Of a stretch of DNA of 64,000 nt, positions 29,304-40,686 are shown one piece after another. The stretch spans positions 16,430,001-16,494,000 of the forward strand of contig CM106585.1 in the NCBI GenBank assembly GCA_048013815.1. Reading direction: 5' to 3'. Below the pieces are notes generated by a model. That model was not told where the DNA came from, ran no database searches, and worked only from the letters and a program-made list of their open reading frames with translations. The first letter of the stretch is position 1; each line of letters begins with the position of its first letter. The stretch comes from Setoptus koraiensis (lineage: Eukaryota; Animalia; Arthropoda). The translations under genes were made by a program, and so were the position numbers.

Positions 29304-30666
29304 ATGTCTAGTGGCCCAATGAACGATGGCAACACAGATTATGCCGGCAATGAACAGAGACTTGAACCACCTTACACGTTGTTCGTTGGAAATTTACCGG
29401 ATAATAGTATTCAAGGCGATGTTGATGTTATATTTGCTCCGCTAAAAAATGAAATTTTGCAGGTGCGAATGATACGGGATAAGGAAACTGACCAATTCAG
29501 AGGATTCTGCTATGTAGAATTCAAAACAGAAGACGCCATTAGACAGGCTCTGGAATTTAACGGCGCTGTAAGTTACCAATCCAATCGTACTTTCTCTGGC
29601 TTATTTTACAACAAATGGTGGCACAAATATTTGAACTCATGAAAAATTTGCTAGTCTCCGCATGAGGCTTGCTATATTGCGTTCGCCAACATGCTTTCTA
29701 CTCTCGGGCCAACGATTCTCTTATGTGCTATAATCTCTCACTCATACGATTTTTCATTTCAAATTCTTCCATTTTCAGGATTTTATGGGTAATCATCTTA
29801 AGATTGACATTGCAACAAATAAGCGGAACCCACAAAACAAAGGAGGATTCGGAGGTAACACAGCTACAGGTCACTACTATAATAACTGTTAGTTCGCACA
29901 TTCTCACGGCGACTGATATGTGTTCTATAATATTTTTGCTTGTATGAAGCAACTCTAACACATTTGACACTTTTTATTCAAATATTTGATAAAATTTGAA
30001 AATCAAATTATCACAGACCGTAATAGAGATTCAGACCGCGGAACCTACAGAGGCGGGCGCGGAGGTATGGACAATAATGATCGTGGTGGTCGTGGATACA
30101 ATAACTACAACCAGGGGAGGATGGATGGTGGTTATCAGAATCGTGATTACTACAATAATGGCAGAGGCTACAATAATAGATATGAAAATAGGGATGCTGG
30201 ATCTTTTGAACAAAGGGGTGGTGGTCATTACCAGCAGAGAACCTCTTACGACCAAACGGGCTACTCCCAGAATGGACATTACAGTAATCGTGGTGGGTAC
30301 GGGGATAGAGCCTACGGTGATCGTGGGGCTTACGGTAACCAACGTGATGGCCGGGATCAACAATATCAGCAACGAGGTGGAGGATATGGTTACAATAGAC
30401 GACGCGACAACCAGCCAGCTCAAGAAATTGTGCCAGTGCAACCTGCAGAAGGTCGAACAAAATTAATATTAGAGCCACGCAAACTACGCGAAGTAAACCC
30501 ACTCGACTCACTAGCTGATCAAGCAGCTAGATCCAAAATTTTTGGAGATGCTCTACCTAGGGAGTTTAATCCAAAGTTTAAACCTAACAAAGAAGAAAAT
30601 GAGAATGAAACTGAGGAGCAAAGTAATAATGATAACAATAATGATTCAACCACTGCTTGTACTTGA
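29304..30666 (+). CDS. EIF4H: Translation initiation factor 4H (RRM + RGG-rich); exons 29304-29567, 29779-29854, 30017-30666
   Basis: PPYTLFVGNLP..IQGDVDVIF, VRMIRDKETDQFRGFCYVEF, LKIDIA, Gly/Arg/Tyr-rich middle, GRTKLILEPR..NPLDSLA..RSKIFGDALPRE; splice phases 0 and 1 are consistent. Confidence 0.85.
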
Positions 30667-31980
30667 GAGCGCATATTCAGCACATTGGGCCCATGACGAG
30701 CCGTAAGACATATTAAAAATTGAAGATTAAAGATCATGCCCAATGGATGAACAATTAATGTAATGAATAATTATTAAAGCCACCATCGAGAAGAAAAAAT
30801 GAATATCAAACATCACAGAGTAAAGCTTCAAAGATAGTAATCAACCAAATTATATTGAGGAGAAATTATAATCTTCAAGGATGCAACAAGATAAATATGA
30901 AGACAGAATGGATGAAGAAAATGATTTTGAGTACATATTTGTATTAGTTAATATGCTTCATAATTCACCAAGACAATTCAATTCAACAACTAAATTACAA
31001 TTATCACGTACTACCATAAGTAAAATGCAAATGATTACTATTATTGTGTTCCATATTCATTATTACATAGATATTATTATCAATCACATTATCTGCTTGT
31101 ATATTTATAATAAACTAACGATCGGTAAAAGAAGATTGCTCGCTACATTCGATTACCAGGTCGGTTTTGATATTGGATTTTTTTCACCATCTCAAGTGCG
31201 CTAATGAGTTAGTAGTGATTAACAGAGGCAAATACTAGAAGTAGGTCGCCCACGCAACGAATAAAATTTGTTTGTTTGAGAATATCTCACTTGGTACATA
31301 CGAAGCGAAAGTTTTCTCAGTCAAACGTGTAGAATATTCTCAAGAGCTGTTGGCTCACTCCTGTCTAGATTCAAACTAAATGGTGGGATGCTTGTTGTTT
31401 CGAATAAAATCATTATCTCAGTGAGCCTTGCAATCGCTACAAAAGTAACTTTCAATGATATGGTACAACATAGGCAGCCTGAACAATGTAGTTAAAAACG
31501 AAGCCTCTTCCCAAGTACACATCAGTTGTTTGCTACCATGATGAATAGTTTGAATAGAAAGCTCAACTCTCTATATGCGCAATTCGTTATTATTATAATC
31601 TTTTCCATTTGGAATTAAGCTCACAATCTAAACCTCAAACTGTATGGCTAAGTAACCGCTCGATTCACTTGACTTGGAATGTGGGAAGTAGCTAAACTCA
31701 ACTATTTAGAAGTAATAAGGCTAACAGTGGGTTAAGTCTAGAGAGAGAATGAAAGAGTCGATAAAATTTGTCTTATGTCCATACATGGAAAGCAGAATCA
31801 CTCCTTAAATATCGCTCGCTAAAGTCAGTTCGCACATCCATATGGCTTATTCAATTGAATTTTTGTAGCCATTGAATAGATTTCATTCAGACAATAGAAA
31901 CATCTATTGAATTTTCGGATGACCAACCGAAAGTGACAGCAAATCATTGAACAGAATAGTTTTACAATTATAGCCTCATA

Positions 31981-33630
31981 ATGTTGTCTCCGAAATTCGG
32001 CCGCAGAAATCAATCTCGCCAATCAAATCAGTCAATAAGAGATTCTCCAGCTACTCCAACTTCATCCCCGCAACAATTCAATAACCTTAGCCAGTATCAA
32101 TACAATAGTAAAGAGTTTCAAAGACAGCAACAACAACAGAATCTACCTCATCATGGGCCGCCTGTATCGTTGTCGCACCCGCGCTTAGATATGAACAAAC
32201 AAGAATCTGGAGGATTCTTGGATTACATTGGCACATTGGGTCGCAAGAAGAAGCAACGCGAAGGTAAGCAACATATCTCCAACTGTTATCTCTCTATTTT
32301 TGTGTCCCATAGAACCTCGCTAGATAGGCTGATAATTTAGTTGCTCAAAAAACTATAAAACAAGTATGGTGATTAACGATGTCATTCAATATCGTGCAAA
32401 TTTTCTGCTCGAATGCTACATGACGATAATACAGTTGCTGAGCTGACAGTGGAACAAGTCGAACAAGAAGGAAAAGAGGCCATAGATGGAAATATCGTTC
32501 CCAGAATAATAGATGCCGGCGGCGATTACGGGCTTGGCGAGAACGAGAGCAGGGCGGTGATTGATCAGTCATCAAGAGATTCGCCACAATTTAACCATTT
32601 GGTCACTACATTGGTCAATTGGATTAATGATGAATTAAACGATCAGCGGATCATCGTGAAAACTCTAGAGCAAGATCTTTATGATGGTCAAGTTTTGGGT
32701 AAACTAGTTGAAAAACTGAGGTAAGTGCATGACGCTTTCGGTGGGTTGAATTATCAGACGAAAAATTATCGAAATGTCTCTATCATTTGAATAACGGATT
32801 TTCGTTGTATCTCTCTCAATAGCGGATCAAAATTAGACGTGGTTGAAGTGACTCAGAACGAAGATGCTCAAAGACGTAAATTGCGACAAGTCCTCGAGAC
32901 TATCAATAGAATATTGAACCTGAACGCCAAGTGGGCTGTAATAAAATGGACAGTAGAGGGTATTCACAGTAGAAACTCAGTTCAGATCATTCACTTATTA
33001 GTCACGATGATACGACATTTTAGAGCACCAATTCGTTTGCCCTCGGATGTTTCGGCGAGAGTTAATTTCGTGTCAAAACAAGGGGGCAAAATCATAACAA
33101 GAAGCATAGAGGAAAAACTGACAGAAACTTACAATGAATTAGGTTTAAAAACTGAGCCACGTGACGCATTTGACACCCTATTCGATCATGCGCCAGATAA
33201 ATTGGCCGCAGTTAAAAGGTCACTATGCAATTTCGTTAACAGACATCTTAACAAGATCAATATTGAATGCTTTTCTGTTCACACCGGAGGCGATTTGGAT
33301 CCCCAACAATTTAGCGATGGCCTTCTATTGATATTTCTTATGGCAAGTTTAGAGAACTATTTTGTACCACTGGGCAATATTTTTACACAACCTACGGACC
33401 CCATCGCTGATATGGCACCCAACGGCGTCCAAACAGCTCTTCAACATGAAAATTATGTCAATACGTCACCAATACACAAACTACATAATGTTAATGTGGC
33501 CTTCAAGCTAATGGAAGATGCGGACGTAGACCTAAAACAAAAAGTACGCGCTGAGGATATTGTAAACGCCGATCTCAAGTCAACTTTACGAGTATTATAC
33601 ATGATATTTAGCAAGTACAAACACGTCTAG
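31981..33630 (+). CDS. parvin: Parvin (two CH domains), copy 1; exons 31981-32263, 32435-32720, 32823-33630 (458 aa)
   Basis: GGFLDYIGTLGRKKK, LVNWINDEL..QRIIVK.LEQDLYDGQVLGKLVEKL, EVTQNEDAQRRKL, EPRDAFDTLFDHAPDKL..VKRSL..FVN.HL.K, HNVNVAF.LM, DIVNADLKSTLRVLY.IF.KYK; frame-consistent GT-AG introns. Confidence 0.95.
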
Positions 33631-33866
33631 AACGACATGAGAAGCATCAACAAAATTTACTCCACTAATCAGTATATTTCTAATGGTAATTTTGAGAATG
33701 TGCATGTGATCAACAATTTACATTAACTGCCATCTCTGTCTGTCACAATAATGTAAAAATCTTCATCAATTCTGATAAAATCAAAACATTAACCACATTT
33801 TCGGTCGATTAGTCGTTGGGTGTCACCTAATTCGCACGAACAGCTTTCCAACTAGATGGTTTTTTA

Positions 33867-35831
33867 TTATTCTTTATTTTCTTCGCTGCTATAACATTTA
33901 TCATTCATCATTATTGGGTCGAAGCCCATTTTCTTGAAATTGGTGAATACAGTGCCTCCCTCACTGCTGTCAGACACCAGTACTGTTCGTCTGGGCAATA
34001 AATGGAACAGCAGATGAACATCAGACATGCTGAACTCGTTACATTCGTATAGTAATAATGAATCAATTGAAAGCCCAAACCATGATGATGATCTCAGTGC
34101 ATCTGGAAAAGTGCATAAAATCACGTTACAATCTTCATCATAATAAAAGGACCCAGAATCGTACCTGTATATCTTCAATTCGCTCAGCTGGTAGATTTTC
34201 TCTGCGATTGCCTCAAGTGAAAGATCACTACTAGCACATATCATCATTTTTGTATAATTCGGATATGATATTGTGTTGTGCAAATGAATAGCCAATGACA
34301 CAATAGATTTTATCCTGTTCGCCTCTTGTCCTGGCGCATTCACCATGAGAGAGACCCGATTGAATGCTGCTGATTTGATGGCCTCATCCACTGTGTGTTC
34401 ATAGTAGAGCTCCCATGGTATCAGCGTGTTTTTAGAAGCTAAGTCACTCACGACTTGCACGTCTCCACAACTTTTTTCGATAATTTCACGCAACAGCTCA
34501 TCGCTCGAAATTCGTCTAATCTTTCGTTTTAGACTCTCGCAACCCACGTTATGGTGATGGAACAGGACATCTTCATTGACCAACCAGTAATTGCCTGATT
34601 CTGATCGGTCGCGTTTACATTCTTCTTCACTCATCTCGATGGACACATGTAAAATTTCCTCGCCGTTGATGATTCTTGGACATAGAAATGCACTGTCTGA
34701 CCACAACTCTTCACCACTCACGCAGTCGTATTCGGTCATTCGCAATACGGATGAGGTGACTCTGTCGAAACCAGAATTCTTTTTTATGAATGACTTGTCC
34801 AGTGTCCCACTACACGGGAACGCCTCGAGAAAATGTCTCCATTGCCGAGATTCTCGGCCCCATCGTACGGTCGATATTTGTTGTTGACACTCTGGCAGGA
34901 AATAATCTGTGTAGATTTGCGACACACGATCCTCCAAATCACGTATCGCTTTTGGGCTGGTAATTCCTGCAGGTATGTAATGAGCAGTGCTTTCTTTATA
35001 ATGCAATTCAGCTTGTTCGCCGCTGATAATTGTTGGCACGTCAATATTTGGCAATGGGCCGTAGTATTGATCGAGAACGAGTGTGCGCAACCGCGATGGG
35101 CGATTGTTAATGAATTTTTTTAGTTCGTCTATATCTCTAGACTCTCTTATTGTCACCGATAGACTCTCCAAATTCGGGAAGAAGGTGAGAACGGCATCCA
35201 TCTGGTACTTCATCTCGTTATAATAACGGTTCCTTCTGATATCGATCGAACGCAACACAGACCAGGGGCAATAATCTGAATAATAAAACATATCGGTTAT
35301 AACCCCAATCACGCTGAGATGCAATAACCTTCCTTCAATCAATTCCACCGATCTTCTCAGTTCGTTAACGTCCTCAAGCATGACATGATCCAGTTTGAGC
35401 GTCGTCAATTGATGACAATTGGTCACAATCATGGTCAGTTCATTGGGTGCAAAGGATATTCCATGACAATTGAGTGCTGTTAGTAGGCTGCAGTTGTCAG
35501 ACGGACTGAAATATGAGTCTGGCATGAATCTTCTGATGGCATAGCATTCTGAATGCAGGGTGAGTCGTTTTAGTTTGGGCAGCTTGCGAACAATTGGCTC
35601 CAACACTTGACAATCTGGCGAATCCGAAATATCGCTACTGAGTGTGCCCTCCTCTAGATTTTCGTTATCAATAAGCTCGCTGAATCTCGTAGACACTTGG
35701 GCCAAATTATGTCGATCGAGTAAATCGTTTAAATTTTCGATGATAATGAGCAACAGCTCAGGCGGAAGCATATCCAGGCGCCAGAGAGATCCTTCATTAT
35801 TGGGCTGGTCGACCGAAGAGTTGATTGGCAT
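33867..35831 (-). CDS. F-box + LRR + catalytically dead UPF1-like helicase fragment, copy 1 (intact, 654 aa, intronless)
   Basis: F-box [36 protein letters not shown]; LRR-like units [39 protein letters not shown]; C-terminal ~350 aa follows UPF1 motif order with degenerate Walker A/B. Confidence 0.8.
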   Translation of the reverse strand: [654 protein letters not shown]

Positions 35832-36333
35832 TGCTTGTGAATATATAGTAGGGCACTATTGGAACTGCCGTAAAATAGCTAGTATGGAAATGATAAAATA
35901 GATACAAGAGTTTGCACGAATTTGCAGAAAAATCTGGCCGAGATCGCTGATGTTCACTTGATGTATGTTGATGACGATAGAGACGATGAATCGAGGAATT
36001 TTATCATTGCTGGTCATTATTGAGATGGACAGTGTGATGCACACAAGCGGAGAGCGGGTATTCTGGACAAACAAGCGCCATTGTCCTTGCAAACAGACAA
36101 TGCTGACCAACTCACAACACTTTCGCTACCGCACTTCTCCAGTTGACATTCCCGTTAATGCGACGTGACCCGTGCTTAGAGCAGCTGAGCGTGCAAAGAA
36201 AAGAAAGGCAAGATAGATTGGAATCGGAATGGATCTCATTCAGACGATAGAGACATCTATAGAATTTTCGGATGACCAACCAAAAGTGACAGCAAATCAT
36301 TGAACAGAATAGTTTTACAATTGTAGCCTCATA

Positions 36334-37984
36334 ATGTTGTCTCCGAAATTCGGCCGCAGAAATCAATCTCGCCAATCAAATCAGTCAATAAGAGATTCTC
36401 CAGCTACTCCAACTTCATCCCCGCAACAATTCAATAACCTTAGCCAGTATCAATACAATAGTAAAGAGTTTCAAAGACAGCAACAACAACAGAATCTACC
36501 TCATCATGGGCCGCCTGTATCGTTGTCGCACTCGCGCTTAGATATGAACAAACAAGAATCTGGAGGATTCTTGGATTACATTGGCACACTTGGTCGCAAG
36601 AAGAAGCAACGCGAAGGTAAGCAACATATCTCCAACTGTTATCTCTCTATTTTTGTGTCCCATAGAACCTCGCTAGATAGGCTGATAATTTAGTTGCTCA
36701 AAAAACTATAAAACGAGTATCGTGATTAACGATGTCATTCAATATCGTGCAAATTTTCTGCTCGAATGCTACATGACGATAATACAGTTGCTGAGCTGAC
36801 AGTGGAACAAGTCGAACAAGAAGGAAAAGAGGCCATAGATGGAAATATCGTTCCCAGAATAATAGATGCCGGCGGCGATTACGGGCTTGGCGAGAACGAG
36901 AGCAGGGCGGTGATTGATCAGTCATCAAGAGATTCGCCACAATTTAACCATTTGGTCACTACATTGGTCAATTGGATTAATGATGAATTAAACGATCAGC
37001 GGATCATCGTGAAAAATCTAGAGCAAGATCTTTATGATGGTCAAGTTTTGGGTAAACTAGTTGAAAAACTGAGGTAAGTGCATGACGCTTTCGGTTGGTT
37101 TCAATTATCAGACGAAAAAGTATCGAAATGTCTCTATCATTTGAATAACGGATTTTCGTTGTATCTCTCCCAATAGCGGATCAAAATTAGACGTGGTTGA
37201 AGTGACTCAGAACGAAGATGCTCAAAGACGTAAATTGCGACAAGTCCTCGAGACTATCAATAGAATATTGAACCTGAACGCCAAGTGGGCTGTAATAAAA
37301 TGGACAGTAGAGGGTATTCACAGTAGAAACTCAGTTCAGATCATTCACTTATTAGTCACGATGATACGACATTTTAGAGCACCAATTCGTTTGCCCTCGG
37401 ATGTTTCGGCGAGAGTTAATTTCGTGTCAAAACAAGGGGGCAAAATCATAACAAGAAGCATAGAGGAAAAACTGACAGAAACTTACAATGAATTAGGTTT
37501 AAAAACTGAGCCACGTGACGCATTTGACACCCTATTCGATCATGCGCCAGATAAATTGGCCGCAGTTAAAAGGTCACTATGCAATTTCGTTAACAGACAT
37601 CTTAACAAGATCAATATTGAATGCTTTTCTGTTCACACCGGAGGCGATTTGGATCCCCAACAATTTAGCCATGGCCTTCTATTGATATTTCTTATGGCAA
37701 GTTTAGAGAACTATTTTGTACCACTGGGCAATATTTTTACACAACCTACGGACCCCATCGCTGATATGGCACCCAACGGCGTCCAAACAGCTCTTCAACA
37801 TGAAAATTATGTCAATACGTCACCAATACACAAACTACATAATGTTAATGTGGCCTTCAAGATAATGGAAGATGCGGACGTAGACCTAAAACAAAAAGTA
37901 CGCGCTGAGGATATTGTAAACGCCGATCTCAAGTCAACTTTACGAGTATTATACATGATATTTAGCAAGTGCAAACACGTCTAG
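36334..37984 (+). CDS. parvin: Parvin, copy 2; exons 36334-36616, 36788-37073, 37177-37984; open frame, five amino-acid differences from copy 1
   Basis: Near-identical to copy 1 including introns; may be an incipient pseudogene. Confidence 0.9.
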
Positions 37985-38220
37985 AACGACTTGAGAAGCA
38001 TCAACAAAATTTACTCCACTAATCAGTATATTTCTAATGGTAATTTTGAGAATGTGCATGTGATCAACAATTTACATTAACTGCCATCTCTGTCTGTCAC
38101 AATAATGTAAAAATCTTCATCAATTCTGATAAAATCAAAACATTAACCACATTTTCGGTCAATTAGTCGTTGGGTGTTACCTAATTCGCACGAACAGCTT
38201 TCCAACTAGATGGTTTTTTA

Positions 38221-40196
38221 TTATTCTTTATTTTCTTCGCTGCTATAACATTTATCATTCATCATTATTGGCTCGAAGCCCATTTTCTTGAAACTGGTGA
38301 ATACAGTGCCTCCCTCACTGCTGTCAGACACCAGTACTGTTCGTCTGGGCAATAAATGGAACAGCAGATGAACATCAGACATGCTGAACTGGTTACATTC
38401 GTAGAGTATTAATGAATAAATTGACAGCTCGCATACCGCCGACAATCTCAGTGCATCTGGAAAAGTGCATAAAATCACGTTACAATCCTTATAATCTCCG
38501 TACGCACCGCGTACGTACCTGTATATCTTCAATTCGCTCAGCTGGTGGATTTTCTCTGCGATTGCCTCAAGCGAACGATCACTACCAGCACATATCATCA
38601 TTTTCGGATAATTCCGATATGATATTGTGTTGTGCAAATGAATAGCCAATGACACAATAGATTTTATCCTGTTCGCCTCTTGTCCTGGCGCACTCACTAT
38701 GAGAGTGATTCGATTGAATAGTGCCGATTCGATAGCCTCATTCACTGAGTGTATATTGGCGTACTCTCGTTGTCTCAGCGTGTTTTTGGAAGCTAAGTCT
38801 CTCACGACTTGCACGTCTCCACAACTTTTCTCGATGATTTCACGCAACAACCCATCGCCCGAAATCCGTCTAATCTTCCGTTTTATATTATCGCAACCGA
38901 AGTTATAGTAATCGCACAGGGCAGTTTGATTGACCAACCAGTAATTGCCTGATTCTGATCGGTCCTGTTTATATTCTTCCTCACTCACCCGGAAGTGTAA
39001 ACGTGAAATTTCCTCGCCGTTGATGAGGTGGTACTTGAGTAATCCACCAGTGGACCACAACTCTTCACCACTCACGCAGTCGTATTCGGTCATTCGAATT
39101 CCAACGGACAAGTCATTCATTCTTAGGAATGACTTGTCCAGTGTCTGACCACACGGGAACGCAAAGAGAAGATAGCTGTAATATTCATATCTTCGTTCCC
39201 ATCGAACGGTCGATATTTGTTGTTGACACTCTGGCAGCAGATAATCTGTGTAGATTTGCGACACACGATCCTCCAAATCACGTATCGCTTTTGGGATGGT
39301 AATTCCTGCAGGTATGTAGTGAGCAGTGCTTTCTTTATAATGCAATTCAGCTTGTTCGCCGCTGATAATTGTGGGCACGTCAATATTTGGCAATGGGCCG
39401 TAGTATTGATCGAGAACGAGGGTGCGCAACGGCGTTCTCAAACGGTTCAAGATTCTAACCAGCTCGTCTAAATCTCTCGACGTTCTTATTGTAACCGATA
39501 GACTCTCCAAATTCCGATATGAGAAGAGAACGGCACTTATCTGGCCCTCGCCATCGTCCCCATAATGATGGTTCCTTCTCATATCCATCGAACGCAAAAC
39601 AGCCCTAGGCGGATTACCCGGATGACACATCAAATAGCGACTTAAACCAAACTCATCGGTTATAACCCCAATCACGCTGAGATGCAATAACCTTACATGA
39701 ACCAGTCCCATCAATCTTTTCAGTTCGCCAGGGTCCTCAAGCATGACATGATCCAGCTTGAGCGTCGTCAATTGATGACAATTGGTCACAATCATGGTCA
39801 GTTCATCGGGTGCAAAGGATATTCCATGACAATTGAGTGCTGTTAGTAGGCTGCAGTTGTCAGACAAACTGAAATATGAGTCTGGCATGAATCTTCTGAT
39901 GGCATAGCATTCTGAATGGAGGGTGAGTCGTTTTAGTTTGGGCAGCTTGCGAACAATTGGCTCCAACACTTGACATATGGCGAATCCGAAATATTACTAC
40001 TGAGTGTGCCATCCTCTAGATCTTTGTTTTTCAGATCGATGAGCTGGCTGAATATAATAGACACTTGGGCCAAATTATGTCGATCGAGTAAATCCTTTAA
40101 CTTTTCGATGATAGGGAGCAACAGCTCAGGCGGCAACATTTCCAGGCGCCAGAGAAATCCTTCATTGTGCTGGTCGACCGAAGTGTTGGTTGACAT
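38221..40196 (-). pseudogene. F-box-LRR-UPF1-like gene, copy 2, with a 1-nt deletion near 39975 separating the F-box from the rest
   Basis: Copy 1 reads cca gat tgt caa gtg (PDCQV); copy 2 reads cca tat gtc aag tg, one base shorter. The F-box (ATG 40196) runs out of frame, and the remaining 582 codons (38221-39969) stay open. Confidence 0.75.
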
Positions 40197-40686
40197 TGCT
40201 TGCGAATATATATTAATATAGTAGGAATATATAGTAATAGGCACTATTGGAACTGCCGTAAAATAGCTAGTATGGAAATGATGAAATTGATACAAGAGTT
40301 TGCACGAATTTGCAGAAAAATCTGGCCGAGATCGCTGATGTTCACTTGATGTATGTTGATGATGATAGAGACGGTGAATCGAGGGATTTTATCATAGCTG
40401 GTCATGAAGGAGATGGACAGTGTGATGCAGACAAGCGGAGAGCGGGTATTCTGGACAAACAAGCGCCATTGTCCGTGCAAACAGACAATGCTGACCAACT
40501 CACAACACTTTCGCTACAGCACTTCTCCAGTTGACAGTCCCGTTAATGCGGCGTGACCCGTGCTTAGAGAAGGTGAGCGTGCAAAGAAAAGAAAGGCAAG
40601 ATAGATTGAAATTGAGACAAGGTTCGACTTCGAGCCGCAACGCTAACGCTAGCAGTCAACAGGTCAGTTGCTGGGTGTACGATCAT

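Larger units (their letters stand above)
31880..40610. repeat. Tandem segmental duplication, unit ~4.35 kb (parvin + F-box gene + its upstream region): ~31880-36230 and ~36231-40610
   Basis: Parvin ATGs are 4,353 bp apart; introns and intergenic spacers are duplicated; 35856-36215 matches 40244-40610. Confidence 0.95.

Noticed and set aside
30881-31204. 107-aa ORF between eIF4H and parvin
   Set aside because: AT-rich low-complexity sequence in the probable eIF4H 3' region; no domain or splice support.
40277-40534. Fragment PLSVQTDNADQLTTLSLQHF resembling an integrase core (QTDNG.EF)
   Set aside because: Only a few residues match, there is no upstream catalytic Asp context, and the duplicate at ~35900-36150 is frameshifted; insufficient to call a mobile element.
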